Made by a program: the position numbers and the translations under genes
Assembly (NCBI RefSeq): GCF_964355755.1
Contig: NC_092679.1
Location: 20,133,432 to 20,197,431 of the forward strand
Direction of reading: 5' to 3'
DNA length: 64,000 nt
Origin: Antedon mediterranea
Taxonomy: Eukaryota; Animalia; Echinodermata
Notes under the pieces: model-generated
Databases searched by the model: none
Seen by the model: only the letters and a program-made list of their open reading frames with translations
Told to the model about the DNA's origin: nothing
Shown: piece by piece, positions 23,777 to 35,272 of the stretch
Numbering within the stretch: position 1 is the stretch's first letter
Layout: every line of letters starts with the position of its first letter

Positions 23777-26700
23777 TTATTCTAGCTCGTCAAGGCAGTT
23801 TGCTGATTTGAAGAATTCAGGTAATGGTTCGTCTAGTTTGCTAATCACCTTATAGATGTTTTTCTTCCACGATGGCTCGCTGTCTTTATTAGCTTTGATT
23901 GCGTTAAAAAACTCAACTAAGGTGGCTTGTGAAACTGACAAGAAGCTTTCCGGAACCTGTAACATATAATATAAAATAGTGAGTGAATAATATAATACTG
24001 TTAAATTGGTCAGATTTTTCCATACTCTTGACGTAATTGTACTTTAAGTACATACGAGAATACTTGCAAATAATTATTAACTTATCATATAGTATCGTAA
24101 TAATACAAACAAAAAAAGTAAGTTGGTGATCTTTACATCAGAATATTTTATCTTAAAATCTATAGATCATGCTACATTTGTGTCTGATCATGTAAGTTAT
24201 AGAAGACCTAAATGCATGGCGCGCCACTCTGGTCAGTAATATAAATCACCACCAAGATTTACGCCAGATTTACTCATCCCATCATTTTTTTTGGATAACT
24301 ATATTTTTTGGTGACGGCTTAAACTTGCCAATTGAACATGATAACATTTTTGTATTCAGTAGCACACCATGAATGTGGGCATTCCATACGGTGGTCAATA
24401 TGTACTGTGACCGCATGATGATTGTATCTTAGAGTGGCCAATATGAGTACTGACTGATTGAAATACAGCCAACCACCTATAATAGTTCAACTTATATATA
24501 GATACTAACTTCTTTGTCATACACTTGTCAAAGTTTGGCCACAGTCCTGGACGCTTGGTCTAAGTTGATCTAATTAGCATATTAGTGAGTACTTAGTGTA
24601 ACTAGCAAAAAACATACCTGGAAATCATTGCTTTTGTTGTAGTGAAGATTCAACGAACGGAATATTTCCGAGTCTGTCGACACATTAATCTGATCGGGAC
24701 TGTCAACTCCCTCGCTGAGAAACTGTCGGGAAAACTTCTCCATCTGAATGTAGTAGAACTCGCGGAAGTTACTGAACCATTTGATGATCTGCGAGGTGTT
24801 GTGTCGGTTGAATTTCACGTCTGGGAAGTGTTGTTTGAGGATGGACGAGCTTGGGTAACGAGTGTAGAAGAACATGAGTTTGGCCTTCTTCAAGTGAGAT
24901 GGCGTGAGTGTTGATGTTAGCGAGTACACTTTGGTTAAGGATTAAAACAATTTATTTTTAATTGCATACAACAAATATATCAAAATAACACTTGATAACA
25001 AATAAATATTTATCGCTTTATGCTAATGAACAACACTAAAATGTATATAGGAAATGTCGTTTCTTTCTCACTTTTATTTAATTTATGTTGTGTTTTATTT
25101 TTTATGTTTTTATGTAAAGGGTCCTGCAAAAACAGAATTGTAAACTTCTTTAATTATGCAGGATCCTTGCCATCAATTATTACTGAAATTGTAATTATAA
25201 ACTATGACTTAAATAAATGTGAATGAATTGAAAATTGAATTGAATTGAAATGTTATTTTATTTATTTTTAATTGTTTATGACATATATACTTGATGACCT
25301 TTTCTTTGATATTTAAAGTTTGATTTTAAATGTTTTATAATCACAAAATAAACTTTGATTAACTTCAACCATAGAGATCTCTATGCTTCAACCAAAAAGT
25401 AGGTGCAGTTTTCCCCATTGTGTTTTGACCTCAATTTCTTTAATTAAATTTAAGTAATTAACGAATGAAGAATTCATGCCTTTATCTATTGGTTTAATTC
25501 ACAATGGTCATTTGTTACGGTTGCCATTATACAGTAGTATCATTAAAAAAATTAAACAAGCAAATTATATCAGGGTTATCATCGATAAGTGACCGACCTA
25601 CTCTTAAGATCCAATGAATTTACCTGAGGTTTTGTGGATTAAAATGGTTGTGAAGTAATAATTTAAAGTCTGTTTTATGGGATATAAAGCTCCATTCATA
25701 TCCAAATCTTTATTTCCAAATATATTGTTTCATTTTAAAGATAAATTCCATGGGTAGTAATCTGCCATTCTTGGCAACCAAGTTTACAAAGACATCCTTT
25801 TTTTATTTTTGTAAAATTGTGAATTTTTTTTGTAATTAATTTTTTTCAATTTTAAAGAATTATTATGCTAATCTAATAAAAATGATGGAGAATTAATCTT
25901 TATGTTTTGTTTAATATCATAAATTTTTTCTACTGATCATCTTCATAATTTGAAAAAGGTGTTTATTGTGCTTAGAAGAATCATGATAATAATTACCACC
26001 ATGTAGCTTATGCCAGGGAGATAAGTTAATTAATCAGAGAGCCCTCATTTGTGTTTTTCCCTATTTTTAAAAAAGGCTTCAATATGTTATTAATTTGAAA
26101 TATAAAAACATGGCACGGAAATACTTTATAATCAGTATGTACAATTTCAAGTCATGGTTCTGGACCTGACAAAAACATTTTAAACCATTAATTTTCGTTT
26201 TTATATATGTCACCGCTGGTGTTTTTAATAGGACAACCAAATCCCTAGGTCAAAGTTGACAATCGCAACTACAAGACAAATAGTTATAATGTATTAATAA
26301 AGCAATAAAGATATTAATAAATAAACAATAAACAAAGGATATTGTTCCATTGGCGGCATTATAAATTGAAAGATCTGTAGTTCCGTCGTGGTAGTAACCA
26401 GAATCGCCCATATCGGTTTTTATCATTGGTACGGTCAACGCTTCGTAGTGTGGCATGTCACCGCTGGTAGCGTCAGTGTGTAGCATGCTAGCAGCATGGT
26501 GCGACATCAATGGACTACTTGAGAATCTAAAATAATAAATAAGTTTAAAATTTAGTACATAAATTAATCGTTTGCAAAAACTAGATTGATTGATTGAAGG
26601 GGACGCCTCCAGGAACCAACAGTGTCTCCTAAAGAGGTATTCCCTGAATAGGCGTTGACTGAAGTGTTAAAACTACATTATCCCTTTTTCATCTTATGGG

Positions 26701-29700
26701 GAAAAAGGTCCCCTTAATAGGAGTGTCTACTGTATAGTAGTAGTTCACCAATGAAAAATATATCAACTGTTTTAAAAAATGACATTAACTAATTGTTTTA
26801 ATAAGATACTGTGTATTCTTTACCATGCATACATAAACAATACGATAAATTGTACACAATATAACTGAATAATAAAAAAAAACCAAATATTTTTAATCAA
26901 ATATAGTATTTTTAATACCATATTATTATGCTTTTATATACAATATTTTGCAAAATAAAAGCAGATACAATACCAACGTCAACAATACCATTTAACAAAA
27001 TAATAAACCGTGATATTCAATGCAAATATGCTATTGTTCAGAATCCGTCATGCTAACAGATATTTTCACACAAAGAAATTAAGGTGGATCTGTTTAGTTT
27101 AAGCAATTATATCTTATATAATTACATCCGGATATGTCAGATACGGTGTCTTTTAAAATTCAATTAAAAAAAAGAAAATAAAAAGGGAATTTTCGATAAA
27201 TACCACCAAAATATTTAGTAAAACCAGAGATTGTATTGAGAAAATATATTTATTATTGAATGAATGAATTATTAAATGAATTTAATGACTTTTGCAATAT
27301 AATATTAAAGACCAATTAATTAAAAGACTAAATTGACATAAAACCAACAATTCCAACAAAAACATGCGCACCATATTTCCAAATTTTACAATAATTCATA
27401 AAAAAATACTAATTAACATTATGTGTCAATTGAAACTATTAACACAACTATACTCTGATATTGTTATGTATGTGTAATATAAATTGATAGAGAAACTCTG
27501 CCTCTGCTTCATAGTGAATATATACATATAAAATGTACAGTAATTATGTGTTTGTTGTGAGTTGTTATAGTTTAAATTGATTTCTGTATTTTATTTTTAT
27601 AAAGAAACAATAACAAATATTGATTTAACTGCAAAATAATAGTCTTAAATGCAAGCAATATGAAAAAAATATAAAATAACACAATTCCATAAACATACGG
27701 TACATAAGCATTCCCAAATAACATGAACACAAATATTTTGTTATAAGTTACTTACGGTCGGAAAAAATGAGCGGAAGAATATCTGATGATAGGTAGCAAT
27801 TAAAAGGGAAGAAAAAATACAATATATTTATAATATTAAAATAAACAATTATATAATTGTCATCCGATCATTAGGTCTATCTAAAAATATTAATTTCCAA
27901 CTAAAATATTAAATGATTAAAAAATTTAGCCATCCCCAAATAAAAGTACAACAGAACCTCTATTAAGGGGACACTTTGGGGTCCAAGAAAGTGTTGCCTT
28001 AATATGTGTTTACCCTGAATATTGGATGGCCATAGTGTTACAACATATTTCCCTTCATCCATTTCATGGCTGTTGTATGTTAGATTTAAGCGTTTTGAGC
28101 ACTAAGGACCAATTAAAAAATATCAAACATTTTAACATAAATATTAATTTTGTATGAATAAAAAAAATAAAAAAAAGTGCATCCCGATTTTTAGTGCTTT
28201 GCACAAAAAGGATGTAAAACAATATTTGATACTGAAATTAGACATTGTTGAAGGGGATGCTAAATCAAATTGACCTTACTACATAACAATTATTAAATCA
28301 TGGTTTTCTCGTGATAAATCGATTACAAATATCATAAACACAACACATCGTATCCTTCAAAGTGATGTAACATCGAACATATAAGTATATTTTCATGATT
28401 TTTTTATTGCACCTGATTGTACCTAATTACATGGTACAGATATAGAGACAAAGTAGTCGCCAGTTGAAGTTACGGAAATCAAATGAAGGATTGGCGACCT
28501 TCAACCTATTGCAGAGCGCACCATCACCTGTGCCCAATCATCATCTGTCGTTATAAATATGATATTAAAAATGGGAAACAATTCCATTACTTCTAATTCT
28601 TGACAGCTGTTAGGAATTTTCATTTTTCAATGAAATACATTTTTCTTGATGAAATTAATGCACATAATTATTGTTTTGATAAAACATGATGTTTTGTTTA
28701 TTATCGGTTTAAAAGTTTATGCTATTTTAATTATAAAGAAATTAATAGGCATAATATCAAATATTATTATGTTTAATTTATTATGAAGTAATAATTTAAT
28801 GTATGTTTTATTGCTATCATTTCTTATTATTGCTATTATTTTTTTTATTTCTCGAAAATTAAAAATGATTTTTATAGATAATAATTTGGTTTATTATGAT
28901 TTTTGAAGATGTCTTATTTCAATAGGAGTATTAACAAAAATTTGTCAAAATGTTTCATTTATTATAATAAATATTAAATTTATTGATTTTTTGTTTGTCT
29001 TATGAATACTAAAGAATTTAGTTATATTATTTTTTTATTTCTCCACAAATTATTCAAGTATGTTTGTAATATAGATTATACTTTTTTTATAAAATCATTC
29101 CTTTTTAATTTGCCCTTTGAACATTAATTCATTTTGTGCTTTTTACATTTTCTTGATCAGTTCTTAGAGGCACCCTGCATTTTGCGCTATATAAATTGAA
29201 CATTACTATTATTATATTATTAATAACATGAAATAACATTTAGTAAAGTAAAGCAATGTTCAGTTGATAATCTTCATATAAGTTGATATTTATTCAATAA
29301 CTAGAGATAAATTTGTTTTACATCTTCTTGGAATGTCTGATGAAAAGATTAGTTAAGTAGACAGGACTTGAAAGAAGACTTCCCTTTGGGCAGAGCTCTT
29401 TGAACTACTGATCATTATCACTTCCTGGTTGATGTACTTAGAAGACTTAATTACATTTAATTAATGTTAACAAATAGATAAACTATTTTGATAGTTTGAG
29501 AACACTAATAATTTACTCATTAATAATAAAGAATCCTTCTGAAGAGTGGTTTTTGTATAAATTGTTGTCATACAAAAAAAATAATTATTAAATTATTGAA
29601 TATAATTATTTAACCATAAAATAGTGAGATTCTATGATTCCAAATAGAAGCAAACGAAATTGAAGGGTGTGCCATGTAGAACAGTTCCATATGTTGAGTA

Positions 29701-32700
29701 TGAGTATAGCCCCAGGGGACTATGTTTAGAGTTTGGGAAAAATTATGGAGTAGGAAAATACTTTGACCAATTACCAATAGCAGTTTCTTTTTTTTAAAGT
29801 CTAAATTACGGGGTATAAGACTTGAGCATGGGATTATATATGTATTATTATTGGATGTGATATTCATCAGTTATTCAATGCACATGTTATGATTTGAACC
29901 CAAATCAAAAGGAATCACTGTAAGGCTGTGTACTCAGGACTACCACTATATTGTCATAGTTATATACGAGTTAAAGCTAAGTTAGGGATTTACCAAAACT
30001 AAACTATAAAAGTGACGTTTTCATGATTTACTTGAATCTATCAACAATTATTTGAAAAGGGTGTGGGGTTACTGATGTGAAACGAATCAATGAAACATAA
30101 AGATTAGCAAAGATCTTAGTAACTACCTCGCCTTATTCCTGTGGGTTTAAGTAGTTCAAAAGAAAATATACGATTACTCACAGACTCACCTATTTTTCTA
30201 TTATATTACAGATAGTTTTGACCTTGAAAAAAGTTGTTTGAATGGGAAGATTGCAGAGAGATGTAAAATATCGGATATAATACAAAACCAGGACAATGAA
30301 GACAACACAAGAAAATATTTTTCCTTGAGTGTTCTTAAACAGATTAATTACTAACCCTGAACTGTAAGTTTATTATTGTGTTGTACATCCTTTTATTTTC
30401 AAAACCTTTTTGTTATTATTTGTTGTTTAGACTCAGAGTTTGAAATATTTCGTATTTAGAGCAGAACTTGTTTCTCATTTATTCTTATCTGTGAAAAAAT
30501 ATTTAAAAAGATTTGGAGCCGATTATATAAAGTTTTGGTTAAATACACTTGAATAGAGGCATGAACGACGACGGTAAATCAATATGTCACAAGTTAACTT
30601 ACGTAAGATATAAAAGATATAAATAAGTTTAAATTTCTAGTTATAATGTTAAAGTTAATAGCTTTCAACCATTAAAAAAAAGAATGCTTTTAATCAATCA
30701 AAATGACACTTTAAAAAAAAATGACATATAAACTATTTTGACCCACCTGTGGCGGATCCAAGATTTTGAAATAGGGGCAGAAGGGTTGGGGGAGGCGATA
30801 TGGCTATATATATATATATTTCATTACACATCACATGATATAGACAACATTCAACTTTGTTTCACAATAGAAAGTACTAACCAGGTATTCAGGATATAAT
30901 TTAAATAGTCTATTCATTTTAATGCATTTAAAAATAACCTATTGAATGGTATGAGAATGCATATTCTAGGAATCTAAGTCAATTTATTACACTTCAAAAG
31001 AACAATACTTAAATGACGAAGGCTACCATCAATATAGTATGTTTCTATTACAGTTTAAAAAGGTGAACAAATTTAAGTGTATATATTATTTTGTGTTTAA
31101 AAATAAAATTCCCATCTTTTAGTATCGTAACTCTCTGGATGGTAGGATATCATCGGTTATTTAGTGGCACTCCTGTAATTACTGTAGTGCTACAACCTAG
31201 GATGCCTAATTTATCATATGCAAATTAGCTCATTATCATCACAAATAAATACAGTGTAAAATGTAAATATTTATACCAAACAAACCAGCATTAAAATTAA
31301 GATAACATCCATAAAAATAATGTCTTCCTCGTCCACTGGTACCTATACATACTTAAATAGAATAACTCATGGTATTAAAGTATAATTTTAGATGATAATT
31401 TTAATGTTTTCTTTTAGCTATTTCTCATTGGGTTTGTCATAGGCATGCCAAAAGTACACACTTGAAAACTTTTCATACATCTAAATAACTTTTAACAGAA
31501 ATCGTAGATAGTTTTGGGGAAACCCAAACTATAAGTATGATAGTATTTTGAACAATCAAACACGTTTTTTGACAATCAAATAGATGACAGATCTGACCTT
31601 ATGAATTTCCTTAATATTTGTTAAAATACAATAAAAGATCAAATCTATAGGCCCCTACTTTACTTTGTATTTGGTGGATTCATTAATTTTTTTTTATACT
31701 AACATTTTTGACATTTTATTCTTTTCTTGTTTAAATTGAATGTTTGAAATCATAAAATGAAATATAAATATAAAGCTTCAGTTTTGCTTTGCTCAGTACT
31801 AATCAGTTAAAATTAAATATCTATTTTAATTAATAAATAATTTAGTATAACTACCAACTTGATTTAAAGTGTATTCAACAAGTGATCTTTTCTGGTTTAA
31901 ACCGAATATATAAAATCACAAGTACAATATATAAGACAAAGTGTTGTTTTAAAAGCAACCAGGTAAATCTAATATTTGTATTAATTATTAAAATTGTATA
32001 TTATAAGGAAGTTTAATGTAGAGTATGCATATACCTGCATGCATTTATACATAAAGTAAACACTTAGGCTATACTTAATATTGATAAGAAATAAAATATT
32101 ACTACAATATACGATCTTAAATGAAAAATGCTAATTGGTTTAGTATACCATTTAGTTTTTTTGTTTAACGTACAGCGGAAGAAATACCAAAAAATATAAT
32201 CAAGTAATAAAAAAATTAATAAAAAATTAACTTTTCAAGTACTTGAAGAATTTCAAGATATTTTTTCTGTTTGAAACTATGCATAAAAAGTTAAATATTA
32301 TTTGTTTAATTTTCAACAATATGCATGTTGTAGAATTATGTGTAATTCAGACAATGAAACATTGTTTTTATTAGCTATATAATATTTTAATATTTCTATT
32401 AAAGATAATTATATTACCTATAAAACAAAATTCTTTTCTTTCGAAATTATAGTATAATAAAAAAATTATATGAACACAATAAATTTTATTGCATTTATAT
32501 ACAGAAAATGATTTTTAAATTATTTTAAAAAAATGTAATAATATATCTGATTTAAATCATTTACGTGGAGGCATTAAAGTAAATTCAAAGTGTGTACGTG
32601 GGAATTGATCAGATGTCGGGATGGCAACAAGTGATTCAGATCGTTTTTTTCTCTAAGCTACTCGTCCCAATGTGACAAGAAAACATATTATTTCAAAACA

Positions 32701-35143
32701 AGCTTTGCAACCAAACTTACGCCTCACTGACTACCAATAATCGTCCGCCTTACTTATATCGATTGGTTTAATCTCAGTTGGTAGACAAACATGGTTGAAT
32801 CACTCAAATGAATAAATCCAACAATAATAGCTACTAAAATTATTTTCAAATCTGCTTATTTCTCATCATATTTATCAATATTTTAAACTAAAATATTGAT
32901 TTTTAAATAGTAATCTTACTTAAAGCTTTTAGTTCCCACTAGAGCGCAACGGAAGGACATACACGCAAAGCAAGTTGCCAAATCCAAGTTTGGATGATTT
33001 GTTGATTGTGATTGGTCAAATTACTTATGATGCGTAATTTCTATTGCGTACTAGTGTGAACCATTGAGGTATAAAATTAGAAATAAAAAATCTAATTTTA
33101 TACCTCTATGCGTGAACCATGTGTATTAAGAAATAGTAATTCATTTTCAAATAAATTTCATGTATTTTTTAAACACCTATACAGTAATTGATAATTTTAT
33201 CATTTTTTTCTGTGGATAAATTTAATTTGTATATTGTTGTTTGGTATAAAAAAACCTACACATTTTAACAAGTAGGTTTATTGTTGTCTACTATTGTAAT
33301 TATCTGTTCTGTTGAATCACTAGTTTTTTTTTATAGAACAAATTCTCTGCAGGTATAACCATTTGTTTGTTAAATAAACCGTTACGAAAACAACATAAAT
33401 CCTACTTAAAAGTTCCAGTGTTTAAAAATAAATATGTTATCATAATTATGAACAATTGTAAGAATTAATTTCTAATATGAACTTCATTTTTGTGTTGGGG
33501 ATTATTTAGCTAATTTACTATTGGGTAACTTAACACAATACCTTTACAAAACTTCAAAAGAATAACATATGCTTTTGGTTTTGTTTGGTATTGACGTTTC
33601 TTTACTTTCACATGTTTTGAAACATACCAACTTATTGCATGCCATAGTATTGAGTACATTTTAACAATTAATTTATACCTTACAGTATTTTCTATCTATC
33701 TATAGTATTTTCATGATTATTGTTTAGTGTAGTTTAAAATAATAACAGTTTATTTGGAAATTTTTAAGCATTTATAAAGTTTTATAAATCTTGCTGAAAT
33801 ATAAAACAGTAGTAATTGATACAAATGATAGAAAGTTGTCCTTACCTCATATCTTCTAGAACATCTCGACTCTCTGGCATGGCACTATGCATCATTGCCA
33901 TTGATAAAGAATGATTGAGGCTCGGGTTTGGAATTGCTACACTAGTTGGCAAAGACGATGGTAGAGGCGTTTCAAACTCTGACTCGGTACGATGTCGGAC
34001 AGAAGCTGCCGCTGTCACGTTCGTATCACGAACTCGTGTACGATGTGGCACGATCAAAGGGATGGCTTCCATCTGTTCGGAAATGTCTTGATGAACTCTC
34101 GGAGTTGGCTTTAGTGGCATCTGATGGCTGGGTGGTGACGGTCTTTCATAATGATTGTTATTGTTGTTACCTGGGCTCGGGGTTGCAACTGGCTTTCGTT
34201 GTTTGGAAGACTTTTGTGATTCTGGTGCAGATGCCGGTGGCGGCTTAAACTGACTTAAGACAGAATCAACTGTTGCTGATACAACATTTGTTAGTTCTTG
34301 CTTTAGAGCATCTGTGAATTTTCCTGATTTCTGGCTGGCAGCCGTTAATTTCTGTAAGCTTTTGCTTAGATTAGGCACTTGAATTGGAGACTCTCTGATG
34401 TCATCGAGATCATCAGAGCTATCTGACAAGCTACTGTTGTCATCTTCGTAAAGATCAAAATACTTTTCTTGAAGCATATCTAGTTGTTGCTGAAGATGAT
34501 ATAAAAGATCTTTCAACTTACGTCTTTCTTCCCTGCGAGTCTGTTTACGTTCATCCAAAACCCTTTGCTGTTGAGGTTGCGATTGCTTACGTTTTTGTCG
34601 ACGCGATTCCAAAGGAGGAGTGTTTGACGGTTCTGGGATTTGACGCAGAGGTGACTGACGCATGGTGCTCAAGATGTTTTCAACTCGCGCTCTTTTCGCT
34701 TCCGCACTGTCTGGTGTGTTTTCATAAATAGGACTTTGATTTCCATTACATCGTCTTTCTATAGAATATTGTCCTCCATTATGCAAACTCTCTTCTTTTG
34801 TGTCCATCTCGTGAGTTGCTTCCGACGATGGTGATCGTTGCATCATATCTAAGTTATTTTGACTCGCTGCCTGCATTTTTGCTTTTAAAATATGTGACAT
34901 GATTGAAGAACCGTCGTGTGATTTATCTCCAAAAGATTGTTCCATTTCACTTACGTTTTGACCGTGTTTTAACAACTTGCGTAGAACCTCTGTCGTGTCG
35001 GAAGACGTTAAGGACATACTTCCGTTCCCGTTCATTAGCATGGCATTAGCGTGCAGCTTGTTTTGAGAATGAACACTTCTCGGCACGCCTACGTCGACTC
35101 TACGTCGTTTCTGCCTTATTACTTGATCGTCCACATCAGACAT
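23777..35143 (-). CDS. PROX1: Prospero homeobox protein (Prospero/PROX1-like), ~655 aa (664 aa with the microexon)
   Basis: Coding exons 35143-33846, [27782-27756], 26526-26343, 24923-24618 and 23956-23777. The homeo-prospero domain reads [53 protein letters not shown]...[11 protein letters not shown]...EFFNAI...[16 protein letters not shown]...PEFFKS.NCL..LE. N-terminal PROX motifs include [31 protein letters not shown] and [11 protein letters not shown]. Confidence 0.96.
24924..26342 (-). other. U12-type (minor spliceosome) AT-AC intron of Prospero
   Basis: On the minus strand the 5' end is ATATCCTTT (26342-26334), the branch point is TCCTTAAC (24941-24934), and the intron ends ...GTAC at 24924. 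Removing it joins ...ANGT|[11 protein letters not shown] in phase 0. Confidence 0.93.
27756..27782 (-). other. Candidate 27-nt symmetric (phase 2-2) microexon of Prospero
   Basis: Minus strand reads ttttttcttcccttttaattgctacctatcatcag|ATATTCTTCCGCTCATTTTTTCCGACC|gtaagt. It inserts YSSAHFFRP in frame with no stop. Confidence 0.72.
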
Positions 35144-35272
35144 TCTTCTCTGTTGTCTGCTTGATTTCTTCTATTGCACAGATTGAATGGTAAAGAACAT
35201 ATATAGCTGCTTGACTGCTGTTAATGAATGGTCTGTGCTGCTTGGTTGCAAATACACTATACTGACTAGTTT
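35144..35272 (-). other. 5' UTR part of the first Prospero coding exon
   Basis: A strong acceptor tttgtgtttttctttcag ends at 35273, which implies one or more non-coding exons further upstream. Confidence 0.6.

Noticed and set aside
24924-26526. Drosophila-style U2/U12 twintron
   Set aside because: I could not identify a strong in-frame GT donor and AG acceptor pair nested in or around the U12 intron, so only the U12 intron is supported.
30184-30215. Possible recursive splice site or 8-nt microexon (minus strand AAAAATAG|GTGAGT)
   Set aside because: There is no polypyrimidine tract, and an 8-nt exon would break the frame.
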